A DNA stretch of 64,000 nucleotides from an uncultured Coprobacillus sp. (GTDB taxonomy: Bacteria > Bacillota_I > Bacilli_A > RFN20 > CAG-826): the NCBI GenBank assembly GCA_964583155.1, contig CAZOUY010000003.1, positions 22,150 to 86,149 on the forward strand. Reading direction: 5' to 3'. Below, piece by piece: positions 11,230 to 21,800 of this stretch; position 1 is the stretch's first letter, and every line of letters starts with the position of its first letter. A model generated the notes under the pieces. That model saw only the letters and a list, made by a program, of their open reading frames with translations. It ran no database searches and was not told the DNA's origin. Position numbers and translations under genes: made by a program.

Positions 11230-11523
11230 TTATTTATTCGCGTGTGCCGCTTTATCTTCAGCGGTATGTCCGGTGTGACCGGTATAGGTGCGGGTTGGAG
11301 CGAATTCTCCGAGCTTATGTCCGACCATATCTTCAACTACATAAACGGTAATATGTTCATGACCGTTATAAACGGCAAAGGTATGTTCGATGAATTGCGG
11401 CAAAATAACACTTCTCCGCGACCAGGTTTTAATAATTTCTTTTTTACCCGATGCATTGAGGGCTTCAACTTTCTTTAAAAGATGAGCGTCAACAAAAGGT
11501 CCTTTTTTTCTGCTACGAGCCAT
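11230..11523 (-). CDS. rpsS: 30S ribosomal protein S19
   Basis: 97 aa, ...[16 protein letters not shown]... Confidence 0.95.
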   Translation of the reverse strand: MARSRKKGPFVDAHLLKKVEALNASGKKEIIKTWSRRSVILPQFIEHTFAVYNGHEHITVYVVEDMVGHKLGEFAPTRTYTGHTGHTAEDKAAHANK

Positions 11524-11545
11524 GTTTCATTTTCCTCCTTTACCT

Positions 11546-12376
11546 TTATTTACTACGACGTCTGACAATCAAACGTGTAGATGCTTTCTTATTGCGTCTG
11601 GTCTTAACGCCTAATGCACGTTTACCCCATGGAGTACGAGGCGCATCACGGCCGACCGGACATTTTCCTTCACCACCACCATGAGGGTGATCGTTAGGAT
11701 TCATGACGGATCCACGAACGGTAGGACGAGTGCCTAACCAACGGGTTTTACCGGCTTTTCCTAAATTAATAAGGTTGTAATCTTCATTGCCAACCACACC
11801 AACTGTGGCGCGACAAGTCGCTAAGACTTTTCTTACTTCGCTGCTGGCGAGTCGAAGAATAACATACTTTCCTTCTTTACCAAGAATTTGAGCGCTTGTA
11901 CCGGCAGCACGGCATAATTGACCGCCTTTCCCAGGATAGAGCTCAACGTTATGGACAAATGTACCGACAGGAATGTTAGCAAGCGTCATGGCATTACCAA
12001 CTTTGATATCAACGCTTTCGCCAGAAACGATTTTGTCGCCCACTTTCAAATCCTTAGGAGCGATAATATAGCGTTTTTCACCATCGGCATAATTGATTAA
12101 ACAAATATTGGCATTTCGATTTGGATCATATTCCACAGTGGCAACAGTACCAACAATTCCATCTTTGTTTCTCTTGAAATCAATCACACGATAGCGACGT
12201 TTATGTCCTCCACCAATATGACGAGTGGTAATAGCGCCTGTGTTATTACGTCCGCCTGTTTTTGAAAGATTAACTAATAAACTTTTCTCAGGAGTGTGTG
12301 TTGTGATTTCTTCGAATGTCGTATTTGTCATGTGACGACGACTTGGAGTCGTCGGTTTATAAGTTCTAATTGACAT
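11546..12376 (-). CDS. rplB: 50S ribosomal protein L2
   Basis: 276 aa, ...[15 protein letters not shown]..., highly conserved L2. Confidence 0.95.
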   Translation of the reverse strand: MSIRTYKPTTPSRRHMTNTTFEEITTHTPEKSLLVNLSKTGGRNNTGAITTRHIGGGHKRRYRVIDFKRNKDGIVGTVATVEYDPNRNANICLINYADGEKRYIIAPKDLKVGDKIVSGESVDIKVGNAMTLANIPVGTFVHNVELYPGKGGQLCRAAGTSAQILGKEGKYVILRLASSEVRKVLATCRATVGVVGNEDYNLINLGKAGKTRWLGTRPTVRGSVMNPNDHPHGGGEGKCPVGRDAPRTPWGKRALGVKTRRNKKASTRLIVRRRSK

Positions 12377-12413
12377 TTTTTCTATCTCCTATATTGAGGT
12401 CTCTTTCTTGACC

Positions 12414-12755
12414 TTATTCTTTAAATAAATCTAACGCTTGTCCTTCTTCTAAAGTAACAATCGCCTTTTTATAAGCCGGAACCGTTCCTTCATATCGGCC
12501 GGCACGCTTTGCCTTGGAAAGCACATGGATGATTGCGACATCCTTGACTTTAACTTGGAAAATACTTTCAAAAGCAAGTTTGATTTCTGTACGATTCGCT
12601 TTCGGAGCAACCTCGACAGTTACTTTGTTAAAGTTTTGCATGAGCATCATCGTTTTTTCCGTAATTACCGGACGGATGATGGTATCAAAACTTTTAACAG
12701 TAGGTTTGGTAAAACGGCTTTCAGGAGTGGCCGCTTTTTTCTTTGCTCTTGCCAT
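12414..12755 (-). CDS. rplW: 50S ribosomal protein L23 (N-terminally extended)
   Basis: 113 aa, ...IIRPVITEKTM... Only this Met is available, so it has a ~18-aa K/A-rich extension. Confidence 0.85.
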   Translation of the reverse strand: MARAKKKAATPESRFTKPTVKSFDTIIRPVITEKTMMLMQNFNKVTVEVAPKANRTEIKLAFESIFQVKVKDVAIIHVLSKAKRAGRYEGTVPAYKKAIVTLEEGQALDLFKE

Positions 12756-13399
12756 TATTTAAGTCCCTCCTCTACTGCCTTGATTGCGCTCTTCGTAAAG
12801 ATAACGTGATCAGCATTTAATAAATCATAAACGCTGACATTATCAACGCCGACAATCAAGATGCTTGGAATATTGCGTGCGCTTTTGAATAAATTCTCAT
12901 CAGCTTCATCTAAAACCAATAAAGCTTTGCCTTCGGCATTTAATTTAGTTAAAATCTCACTCATAACTTTGGTTTTAGGAGTATCGATTTTGAAGGAATC
13001 GACAACGATGGTTGCTTCCTCTTTAACCTTCAATGATAAGGCTGAGCGTAACGCTAAGCGATGAGCTTCTTTATTCATCGCCAATTTATAATTTTGGGTT
13101 CCGGTTGGACCAAATACATTTCCGCCGCCCCGCCATAATGGTGAGCGAGATGATCCGGCACGAGCACGACCGGTGCCCTTTTGACGCCATGGCTTTTTGC
13201 CACCGCCGCTTACTTCATCGCGTCGAAGAGTTTTAGCGGTTGCTTGGCGCATGTTCGCTTGATAAACCTGAACGGCATCGAACATGACTTGTTTATTAGG
13301 TTCGATTCCAAAGACATCAGCGCTGACGGAAACTTTGGAAGTTTTTTCACCATCTTGCGTTAAGACTGGTAAAGAAACTGTTTTTGCTTTTTCTGCCAT
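12755..13399 (-). CDS. rplD: 50S ribosomal protein L4
   Basis: 214 aa. Synteny rplC-rplD-rplW. Confidence 0.9.
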   Translation of the reverse strand: MAEKAKTVSLPVLTQDGEKTSKVSVSADVFGIEPNKQVMFDAVQVYQANMRQATAKTLRRDEVSGGGKKPWRQKGTGRARAGSSRSPLWRGGGNVFGPTGTQNYKLAMNKEAHRLALRSALSLKVKEEATIVVDSFKIDTPKTKVMSEILTKLNAEGKALLVLDEADENLFKSARNIPSILIVGVDNVSVYDLLNADHVIFTKSAIKAVEEGLK

Positions 13400-13419
13400 A
13401 ATAGTTCTCCTTTCCGTTC

Positions 13420-14097
13420 TTACTGAGCGTCACGGTTGACTAATGTTTTAACAACCGGTTTTCTCTTTTGAGCTTTAATAGCGCTGCGAATCGTAACGAT
13501 TGATTTTGTAGCACCGGGAACAGCACCCTTTACTAAAATTGCATTGCGAGCCACATCAACGCCCACAATCACCAAATTCAACACGGTAGCTTGCTTGTCA
13601 CCATGATGACCAGCTGATTTTTTACCTGGATGAATGCGGTTATTAGTACGGCCTGTCGTCGCAAATGAGCCTGCATGACGATGGTAACCAGAACCATGTC
13701 CTTTTGGCCCGATGATGAAGTGCCAACGTTTAATTGCACCGCTGAAGCCTTTTCCTTTGCTGGTTCCAATAACATCGACCGCTTCTCCGACTTGGAATAA
13801 ATCAGCGGTGATGGTATCGCCAACATTGAACTTCATCATTTCATCACCTTTAAGTTCTTTTAATTCGTACTTAGGGGTGGTGTTGGCTTTAGCGAAGATT
13901 CCTTTCTCCGCTTTATTTGCACGATGTTCTTTCTTTTCTTCATATCCTACTTGGATAGCTTCGTATCCATCAGTATCTAAAGTTTTTACTTGTGTGACAA
14001 CATTTGGTAAGACTTCAATAACAGTCACCGGATATAAAGTGCCATCTTCAGCAAAAACTTGGGTCATTCCCATTTTTCTTCCTACTATTGCTTTCAT
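13420..14097 (-). CDS. rplC: 50S ribosomal protein L3
   Basis: 225 aa, MKAIVGRKMGMTQVF. Confidence 0.9.
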   Translation of the reverse strand: MKAIVGRKMGMTQVFAEDGTLYPVTVIEVLPNVVTQVKTLDTDGYEAIQVGYEEKKEHRANKAEKGIFAKANTTPKYELKELKGDEMMKFNVGDTITADLFQVGEAVDVIGTSKGKGFSGAIKRWHFIIGPKGHGSGYHRHAGSFATTGRTNNRIHPGKKSAGHHGDKQATVLNLVIVGVDVARNAILVKGAVPGATKSIVTIRSAIKAQKRKPVVKTLVNRDAQ

Positions 14098-14111
14098 GAC
14101 ATCTTACCTCC

Positions 14112-14423
14112 TTAAAGCTTGATATCGATATCAACACCACTTGGAAGATCAAGACGCTTTAAGACATCGATCGTTTCCTTAGTAGGGTTATAAATATCAA
14201 GTAACCGCTTATGTGTCCTTATTTCAAATTGTTCACGAGCATCTTTATATTTGTGAACTGCTCTTAAGATTGTATAAACTTGTTTTTCCGTTGGAAGCGG
14301 AATTGGGCCTACAACCTTAGCCCCCGACTTAACAGCAGCGTTCACAATCTTTTCGACCGATAAATCAAGAATCTTGTGATCATATGCTTTTAAGCGGATT
14401 CTAATTTTCTTTGTTTTAGCCAT
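14112..14423 (-). CDS. rpsJ: 30S ribosomal protein S10
   Basis: 103 aa, [20 protein letters not shown]. First gene of the S10 operon. Confidence 0.95.
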   Translation of the reverse strand: MAKTKKIRIRLKAYDHKILDLSVEKIVNAAVKSGAKVVGPIPLPTEKQVYTILRAVHKYKDAREQFEIRTHKRLLDIYNPTKETIDVLKRLDLPSGVDIDIKL

Positions 14424-14737
14424 GAATATTTCCTCCTTTGTCTAAATCAGGCTTAGACGTCGCTCCATCCGAATTCCCTGAACGCCTATTCATGACAACT
14501 CTCTATGGCGTATCAGCAACCTCGCATTTCACCGCGGACATCAACATTTAAAAGGATATCAAATCCATATGTCGAATGCAATACCTTTTTTTAAAAATTT
14601 TTTAAATTATTTATAAGTAAACTTAATATAATATTTATAATATGCGTCGCTTATTTGTTTGAATTTGAAACATCAAAATTTCGCTCTTAGGAAATATCGA
14701 TTTCCCAAAAAGAAAACCGATTTTCTAAGTATCAAAG
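14424..14737 (-). promoter_or_regulatory. S10-operon promoter/5'-leader region. A relatively GC-rich, probably structured ~110-nt leader (about 14440-14545) sits upstream of the rpsJ SD; AT-rich promoter DNA lies further upstream.
   Basis: SD ggagga is 8 nt before the rpsJ ATG. The 14440-14545 segment is much more GC-rich than the surrounding intergenic DNA. Several TTxAxx-17-TAxxxT candidates lie around 14600-14670. The exact TSS cannot be fixed by eye. Confidence 0.3.
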
Positions 14738-15391
14738 CTATTTGGATTCTTTAGAAGCCATGCGCTTTTGATAATCGGCATACGAAAAACGACATCCGCA
14801 ATATGGCTGTTGATACAATTGATACTTCTTTCGCAATTCACGCCCGTAATCAGCGCCCTTTTTCTTTTTAAAATCCGAGAAGAAATAGCGACAATGCGCA
14901 TGCTGTTTATCCAGCTCTTGTCCGATTTCATTAATCTTAACCGCATTCTTTTGGCTCGAGATCGTCATGACCGTTGTAAAATAATCAAAGCCATTTTGTT
15001 CCGCATAATCATACGCTTCTTGCATACGTAATCGGTAGCATAAAAAGCATCTTTCACCGCCTTCTGAAAGATGAGACATTGGGAAAAGATTTTTTACATA
15101 CTCTTCTTCGGTATAGGAAGTCACAATGCATGGGACATCGTAATGATAGTCACGCTTGATGCATTGCAAATATTTTTTTAATTCTTGTAAACGATGGTCG
15201 TATTCCTCTTTGGGAAAAATATTGGAATTATTGAAGAAAATAGTGACCTCAAAATATCTGCAAAGAAAAAGTATTGGAAAAGTAGCACATGGGCCACAGC
15301 ACGCGTGTAACAATAAACGTGGACGAGATTCCAATTGTTGCACCTTTTCTATTTCCGCAAGCGAAAGGTTATAGTAATGGAGCTTTTCCAT
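14738..15391 (-). CDS. queH: epoxyqueuosine reductase QueH (DUF208)
   Basis: Contains ...[14 protein letters not shown]..., the QueH Cys motif. ORF extends to 15445, but the plausible start MEKLHYYNL is at 15391. It overlaps the queA 3' end by ~23 nt in either case. Confidence 0.8.
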   Translation of the reverse strand: MEKLHYYNLSLAEIEKVQQLESRPRLLLHACCGPCATFPILFLCRYFEVTIFFNNSNIFPKEEYDHRLQELKKYLQCIKRDYHYDVPCIVTSYTEEEYVKNLFPMSHLSEGGERCFLCYRLRMQEAYDYAEQNGFDYFTTVMTISSQKNAVKINEIGQELDKQHAHCRYFFSDFKKKKGADYGRELRKKYQLYQQPYCGCRFSYADYQKRMASKESK

Positions 15392-16412
15392 AAATAAACA
15401 TCGCATCACCAAAAGAGAAAAACCGATAGCGATTTTCCACCGCATGATGATACGCCTCCAAAATTAATTCACGCCCCGCAAATGCCGAAACAAGCATAAT
15501 TAAGGTCGATTTAGGTAAATGAAAATTGGTAATCAGGCCATCAATGGCTTTAAACTGATAGCCGGGATATATAAAAATGTTGGTTTCGCCTTGACACGCA
15601 CAGAAGGAAGAATACTTTTGCATCACTGACTCCAAAACACGAGTTGAGGTTGTACCAATGGCAATAATCCTTTGATGGTTAAGTTTGGCTTTGTTTAAAA
15701 TATCCGCTGTTTCTTGAGACATCCAATATGCTTCTGTATGCATTTGATGCTCGCTAATTTCCTCAACTTTGACCGGTCTAAACGTACCTAATCCAATATG
15801 AAGAGTTACTTCTGTAATGATGACACCCTTCGCTTTGATTCTTTCCAGCAATTCCGGCGTAAAATGGAAGCCGGCAGTCGGAGCGGCTGCGCTACCTTCA
15901 ATCTTTGCATAAACCGTCTGATAACGGCTATTATCACCGCATTGCTTTTTTATATAGGGAGGAAGTGGCATTTGTCCTAATTCTTCTAAAACCTCATAAA
16001 AAATGCCTTGATAGTGCATATGAAAATGGCGGAGGCCTTCATCAAGAACCTGCACGCATTCCGCCACCAATTTTCCATTTCCAAAGCTAACACGTGTCCC
16101 TAATTTCACCGTTTTCGCATTGCCCACTAGACACTCCCACTGATCGTTTTCAATCTGTTTTAATAGCAATACTTCAACATGGGCATTTGTCTGCTCTTTT
16201 GTTCCCAAAAGTCGAGCGGGAATAACCTTCGTGTTATTGCACACCAAAACGTCACCTTCGTGCAAAAAGTCAATAATTTCATAAAAATGGTGATCGGAAA
16301 ATTTTTGAGTCGATAAATCGATAGTTAAAAGACGCGAGCCATCTCTTTTTTGACTGGGCTCCTGCGCTATTAAATCTTCCGGTAATTCAAAATCAAAATC
16401 ATGTATATTCAT
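15369..16412 (-). CDS. queA: S-adenosylmethionine:tRNA ribosyltransferase-isomerase
   Basis: 347 aa, [19 protein letters not shown]...[12 protein letters not shown]..., a QueA hallmark. Confidence 0.9.
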   Translation of the reverse strand: MNIHDFDFELPEDLIAQEPSQKRDGSRLLTIDLSTQKFSDHHFYEIIDFLHEGDVLVCNNTKVIPARLLGTKEQTNAHVEVLLLKQIENDQWECLVGNAKTVKLGTRVSFGNGKLVAECVQVLDEGLRHFHMHYQGIFYEVLEELGQMPLPPYIKKQCGDNSRYQTVYAKIEGSAAAPTAGFHFTPELLERIKAKGVIITEVTLHIGLGTFRPVKVEEISEHQMHTEAYWMSQETADILNKAKLNHQRIIAIGTTSTRVLESVMQKYSSFCACQGETNIFIYPGYQFKAIDGLITNFHLPKSTLIMLVSAFAGRELILEAYHHAVENRYRFFSFGDAMFIYGKAPLL

Positions 16413-16413
16413 T

Positions 16414-17574
<1,161 letters not shown>

Positions 17575-17594
17575 TTACAATTAAATTAATCTTG

Positions 17595-18299
17595 CTACTT
17601 AATTTGCTTCTTTAAGATTCGTACTTCCTTTTTCATCTTCTTCTGCTGTTGTTTGGCTTCCTTTTTCGCCACTCTTTTTACTGCCTTAGTCGGTTTGCTC
17701 GTACCGAAAGAATTTGTGTCAAGAACATCATCATTCATTCCATCAAGTGTGATGATCTTATGGGCCACTAGTTTAAAAACTTCAGCTTGAATAGCCATTT
17801 TGAAGGCCAATTGCGACATTTCATATTGAACATCATTTTGAGAGATATTACCCTCCTCTACTTTTTCCTTTAAGTCCGTCAGTGCGTTTTGCACCTGTTT
17901 GATGACATACTGAAGGGCCTGCTCATGAATTTCTTTAAAGCAGTTATAAATGGTATCATTCGTATCGTTGGTGCGTTCATCAATTTTTAAAAGACAATCA
18001 ATATCTCGTAACGAAACGATTTGCTTCAGCAAGCAAATGACTAAAAGATAAGCCAAATGCTCACGATTATATTTTTTATTTTGAGGCGGGTTAATAAGGC
18101 CTGATTTAACATAATTGTTAATCATATACGCTGTTAAAAACGAGTCATCGCTATCGGCGTATGGTTGTAATTTTTGCTCTAAAAAAGATAATACCTGATC
18201 GCTATATAAATCAATATCAGGGAGCTGATCCCACGACGGAATATCAAAAGCGGATATTTTTTCTAGCCATAATTCTAAATCTTTAAATATACTCATCAT
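17595..18299 (-). CDS. DUF1836-like protein with K-rich coiled-coil C-terminus (function unknown)
   Basis: 234 aa. The N-terminus ...LPDIDLYSDQVLSFLEQ... resembles DUF1836-family proteins as recalled from memory. Its ATG overlaps the stop of the upstream membrane-protein gene (ATGA coupling). Confidence 0.4.
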   Translation of the reverse strand: MMSIFKDLELWLEKISAFDIPSWDQLPDIDLYSDQVLSFLEQKLQPYADSDDSFLTAYMINNYVKSGLINPPQNKKYNREHLAYLLVICLLKQIVSLRDIDCLLKIDERTNDTNDTIYNCFKEIHEQALQYVIKQVQNALTDLKEKVEEGNISQNDVQYEMSQLAFKMAIQAEVFKLVAHKIITLDGMNDDVLDTNSFGTSKPTKAVKRVAKKEAKQQQKKMKKEVRILKKQIK

Positions 18300-19519
18300 A
18301 TTTTTTCTCCTTCCATCATTGGATGCTCATCACCAATCTCTTTTTGAGGATTTTTACCCTTCATATAGCCATATATAATCATTACTATTAAAAGCATTGG
18401 GTCCATAAAGCATGGCATTAAATCATCATAATTTAAAAAGATTTTTTGCTCGTAATTTAGATTAACATAAACGAAATAACAAATAATCAGTGACAATAAG
18501 CATTCCTTAACAAGCTTCGAATCATCCGCGTATCGATAGTAGCGATATAATTGATGAAACATTATTACCCACAAAATAATTAGGAATAGGAAAGGAATGA
18601 TGCCTCCTTGATAAGCCGCATCTAAAAAGATATTTTTGGAATTTGTTGTTAACGATTGCCCTAAGGGATACTTAAAAATATTTTTTAAAATATCTAATGC
18701 CATCTGAACACGCGGTATATTTTGACTTTTTACAATAATGAAAAGAAAGCCTCCGATAAGCACTACTGAAATGGCGCTTAAATATATGATGCGATGCTTG
18801 GTCTTTTTAGGATAAAAATGAATCAACAAAATGGCACCTAGGGCGATAAAGAACGCTAGTGCCCCTTGCCAGTATGGTAAGCTTATAAGACCGCAAACGC
18901 CTAAGACACCGCTTATTAAAGCAATATAGAACAATCGATCCTTCTTTGGGCTTTTATAGCACCATAATGCGCCTAATCCTGAAGATAAAAGAACCAAGAG
19001 ATATCCTAAAACAGATACATCGATATTTTCAAAGGAAAGCCCAACCAATAGCTTAGCGAGATTAGTAACCGTTCCTCCTCTTGTGGCAACATAGAAAAAG
19101 CCAAATTGAAATAGAGTATAGAATAAATTAATGATCCCAAAAACGATCATCGATAAATATAAGCTGATGATCGGATAATTTTTGAAATCTTCATTGGCGC
19201 TAAAAAGATAGCCGATGATGACGCTGCCTAGCGCGCTAAAGATAAGTGCTAAAATATTAGGGATATTGAGACCTGCTTCTTTATAAAATATACTGATAGT
19301 CAATAAATAGCCGATCGTTGCCAAAATCCATACTATAGAAGCAATATCAAGCTTTGGAAAAAGCTTATGATACAATACGATTCCTAAAATGGCAATTAAA
19401 CATACCAGTATGCGGATAAAAAGACTGAAAGGAAAAAAAGTCAATGATAACGAAAAGAACAATTCTAAGGCTAATATGCCATATAAATATCGTCCGAAAT
19501 TAATCTTTTTATTTTCCAT
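18296..19519 (-). CDS. large polytopic membrane protein, O-antigen ligase/Wzy_C-like (putative glycan polymerase or ligase)
   Basis: ORF 18296..19603. Likely start is MENKKINF at 19519, leaving a 20-nt gap to the GT-D gene. At least 10 predicted hydrophobic helices with one large loop. Family assignment is from architecture only. Confidence 0.4.
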   Translation of the reverse strand: MENKKINFGRYLYGILALELFFSLSLTFFPFSLFIRILVCLIAILGIVLYHKLFPKLDIASIVWILATIGYLLTISIFYKEAGLNIPNILALIFSALGSVIIGYLFSANEDFKNYPIISLYLSMIVFGIINLFYTLFQFGFFYVATRGGTVTNLAKLLVGLSFENIDVSVLGYLLVLLSSGLGALWCYKSPKKDRLFYIALISGVLGVCGLISLPYWQGALAFFIALGAILLIHFYPKKTKHRIIYLSAISVVLIGGFLFIIVKSQNIPRVQMALDILKNIFKYPLGQSLTTNSKNIFLDAAYQGGIIPFLFLIILWVIMFHQLYRYYRYADDSKLVKECLLSLIICYFVYVNLNYEQKIFLNYDDLMPCFMDPMLLIVMIIYGYMKGKNPQKEIGDEHPMMEGEKI

Positions 19520-19539
19520 ATCTTCTCTGCTCCTTTCTT

Positions 19540-20469
19540 TTACCAATAACAGCCGTTTTCCACTGATCTGTATCCATCTGGTTTGGAAGATGGATGAATC
19601 CAATACTCATTTTGATACTTGCATACATGTTCACGATTTTCCCATCTTCTGGCCATGATGCCAAACATCGTCGGAGTGGCCCCGCCGGTTTGAATAGCTT
19701 GTTTGCCTAACGCGCTTATAAATGTACATAACGGAGAGCCATATGCTCCCGCTCCTACCAAAGCAATATCAAAGTCCTTTTGCATAATTTCATTTTCCAT
19801 GAAATGCAAGGCCTCCTCCCAATCGGAAAAGCGATCATCAAGAGCTTCTCCGAGAGTTTGAACTGCTTTAATAGTCACCAAATTGAAGCTTGGAACAATG
19901 CCAGGAGGAAAAAGTAAATTTATTCTTTGATACTGTTTCTGGATATCTTCCGCAAAAGGGGAAATCACTAATACTTTTTTATGGGCTAAAGACTGAATCC
20001 AATCACCTCTTAATGGTTCAAAGGCTTCATATTGGATAACGTGGGCATGAGGACAATATTTACAATAAAAATAATCCTCCATATGGATTCCTGAAATTCC
20101 TAAAATAGTAGCTTTCTGAAACGATTTAATAGCGATTTGCGCATATCGGTTAAGCATCTTATCATTGTTTGGAAAAACGCCCGCGTTATTTTTGATACTA
20201 TACTTCACTTTCGATTTGAAATGCTTTTTAAACAGTAACTGTATTTTTTCATAATTGTTAACACAGGAAAGCTCTACCGCACCAAATCTGATAGCGGCAA
20301 AGGGCTCACCACTTTCAATCATCCTTTTTAGAAGATCATTACTGAAGCTAAGGGTAATATTCCTTTGATTCAGAAAGCGCTCTAAATTTTTTTTCTTATG
20401 AAAAAGATGGTATCGTAAAACATGATAGCTGTTTTTTAAAAAGAAACGAATATAATGCTTTCTCTCCAT
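19540..20469 (-). CDS. GT-D type glycosyltransferase (DUF1792 family)
   Basis: 309 aa soluble protein. ...AAIRFGAVEL... resembles the DUF1792 'RFGDGE' region. The size matches the GT-D enzymes that glycosylate Ser-rich adhesins. From memory; needs an HMM search. Confidence 0.5.
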   Translation of the reverse strand: MERKHYIRFFLKNSYHVLRYHLFHKKKNLERFLNQRNITLSFSNDLLKRMIESGEPFAAIRFGAVELSCVNNYEKIQLLFKKHFKSKVKYSIKNNAGVFPNNDKMLNRYAQIAIKSFQKATILGISGIHMEDYFYCKYCPHAHVIQYEAFEPLRGDWIQSLAHKKVLVISPFAEDIQKQYQRINLLFPPGIVPSFNLVTIKAVQTLGEALDDRFSDWEEALHFMENEIMQKDFDIALVGAGAYGSPLCTFISALGKQAIQTGGATPTMFGIMARRWENREHVCKYQNEYWIHPSSKPDGYRSVENGCYW

Positions 20470-20497
20470 ATCCTTAACTTAGCTCCCTAATGACTTT

Positions 20498-20526
20498 ATT
20501 ATACGCATAAACCTTTTAATTGGCAA
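20498..20526 (-). promoter_or_regulatory. sigma-A type promoter TTGCCA-17-TATAAT for the GT-D gene
   Basis: Minus-strand reading: ttgcca(20526-20521)-17 nt-tataat(20503-20498). SD gggag ~17 nt before the ATG at 20469. Confidence 0.45.
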
Positions 20527-20550
20527 AGTTAACAAAAAGATTTATATGAA

Positions 20551-21702
20551 TTACGAACCTACTTTGTGTGTCATAAAGTCGCGAAGGACATTTAAGAGCG
20601 CATAATTGACACGAAAGGGAGCGCTCAATTGATTTATTATATTGGACTTAAGAATACGAATCTTCTTATCAAAGAATGAAGGCAAGATACGATGATCGAC
20701 CATTTGCTCCTCATTTTTGAAAACAATATGAATATTGTCGTTGCGATGAAATAGATCCAAAAGACGTGCGTCATAGGTAGAAAAATATAGTAACGCTCCA
20801 TAATGATTCACGTGCTTATCTAAGAATAAGCGGATAATATACACAACCGTTTCATGCTGAAGATATTCTTCAATACCATCGATCATTAAAAGACCACCCG
20901 ATTGCAGAATGATATGCGTGGATAAATAAACCAAAATACCTCTAATAGTGCCTAAAGACAAAAAAGACGCCACATCACTCAGCGACATTTTTATTCTTTT
21001 GTGACTGGAATCATCAATCCATATCATTTGATCGTCTTCACTTTTCTCAATATATGAAATATTTAAACCAAAGACATGGCAAATAGTTTTGATCACATCT
21101 TGATTAACATATTTAATATAATTCAAAATGAGATTTAACATACTTAATTTATTATTCGGCTTAATATGAATTATATTAGGTAAATCCAAATCAAGAAACG
21201 AAGCAATGGAACGTGTCTTAGATAGAATCTTAATATGTGAAATTAAAGACACAAATCGCCCGGTCCATAGATTTTCCATATGCCGCGCTCTGACTCTTTT
21301 CATCGATAAGCTTTGCTTTTTGATTTGAACATAATTCTCATTGTTAGTTGTTCTAATAATATTCGGTGGCCAAATTTCGCAATTATATTTATAAATATTT
21401 TCTCTATCAGTAAAGTAAATTTCTAAATCGATTTTCTCTTTGCGGAAGTCCCATGCACGATAAAGAATTCTTCCTTCTTTAATGCACGCTAAACTAAAAT
21501 CCAGTAAAGCCAAAATTGTCGATTTTCCACCACCATTTTGTCCCATAAATACTTGACATGTTGGCATATATAATTTCCTGCATGCTTCAAGTAACTCTGG
21601 ATTATTACTTGGTTTTTTACTCGATTGACTAGCGATAAAATCTATCGTAAATCCATCCTTCAATTTCCTAAAACCAGTAACACTGATTTTTAAAATAAAC
21701 AT
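20551..21702 (-). CDS. stand-alone AAA_21/ABC-type ATPase (OLD/Abi-like N-terminal ATPase architecture, no fused nuclease)
   Basis: 383 aa. N-terminus MFILKISVTGFRKLKD (typical hhhKhxhxNFR start of SMC/RecF-like ATPases). Walker A GQNGGGKST. Walker B-like LLMIDGIEEYLQ. No recognisable SD before the ATG. Confidence 0.6.
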   Translation of the reverse strand: MFILKISVTGFRKLKDGFTIDFIASQSSKKPSNNPELLEACRKLYMPTCQVFMGQNGGGKSTILALLDFSLACIKEGRILYRAWDFRKEKIDLEIYFTDRENIYKYNCEIWPPNIIRTTNNENYVQIKKQSLSMKRVRARHMENLWTGRFVSLISHIKILSKTRSIASFLDLDLPNIIHIKPNNKLSMLNLILNYIKYVNQDVIKTICHVFGLNISYIEKSEDDQMIWIDDSSHKRIKMSLSDVASFLSLGTIRGILVYLSTHIILQSGGLLMIDGIEEYLQHETVVYIIRLFLDKHVNHYGALLYFSTYDARLLDLFHRNDNIHIVFKNEEQMVDHRILPSFFDKKIRILKSNIINQLSAPFRVNYALLNVLRDFMTHKVGS

Positions 21703-21764
21703 AAAATATTAAGGCCAAATGACAAACGTTCATTCTCAACACAAGAGTTAATATAAATTATTTA

Positions 21765-21792
21765 TGAAAAAAAGAGCCTTTTTGGCTCTTTA
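21765..21792 (-). terminator. rho-independent terminator after pepT
   Basis: Minus-strand RNA aagagcc-aaaaa-ggctctt followed by UUUUUUCAU. Confidence 0.55.
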
Positions 21793-21800
21793 ACTCATAT

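Noticed and set aside
790-13363. Numerous 60-140-aa ORFs on the opposite strand or in other frames inside the ribosomal protein genes (e.g. 790..978+, 1641..1907-, 1720..1917+, 6082..6477+, 7094..7381+, 8197..8490+, 8549..8917+, 8865..9281+, 12514..12809+, 13712..14122+)
   Set aside because: All are fully embedded in highly conserved r-protein, secY or adk coding sequence. They lack an SD and encode low-complexity or compositionally odd peptides. They are shadow ORFs.
14690-14737. Weak hairpins (agaaaa-tcgg-ttttct; ggaaat-cgat-atttcc) just downstream of queH as a terminator
   Set aside because: Stems are 6 bp, AU-only. A terminator is plausible but not supportable, and read-through into the S10 leader cannot be excluded.
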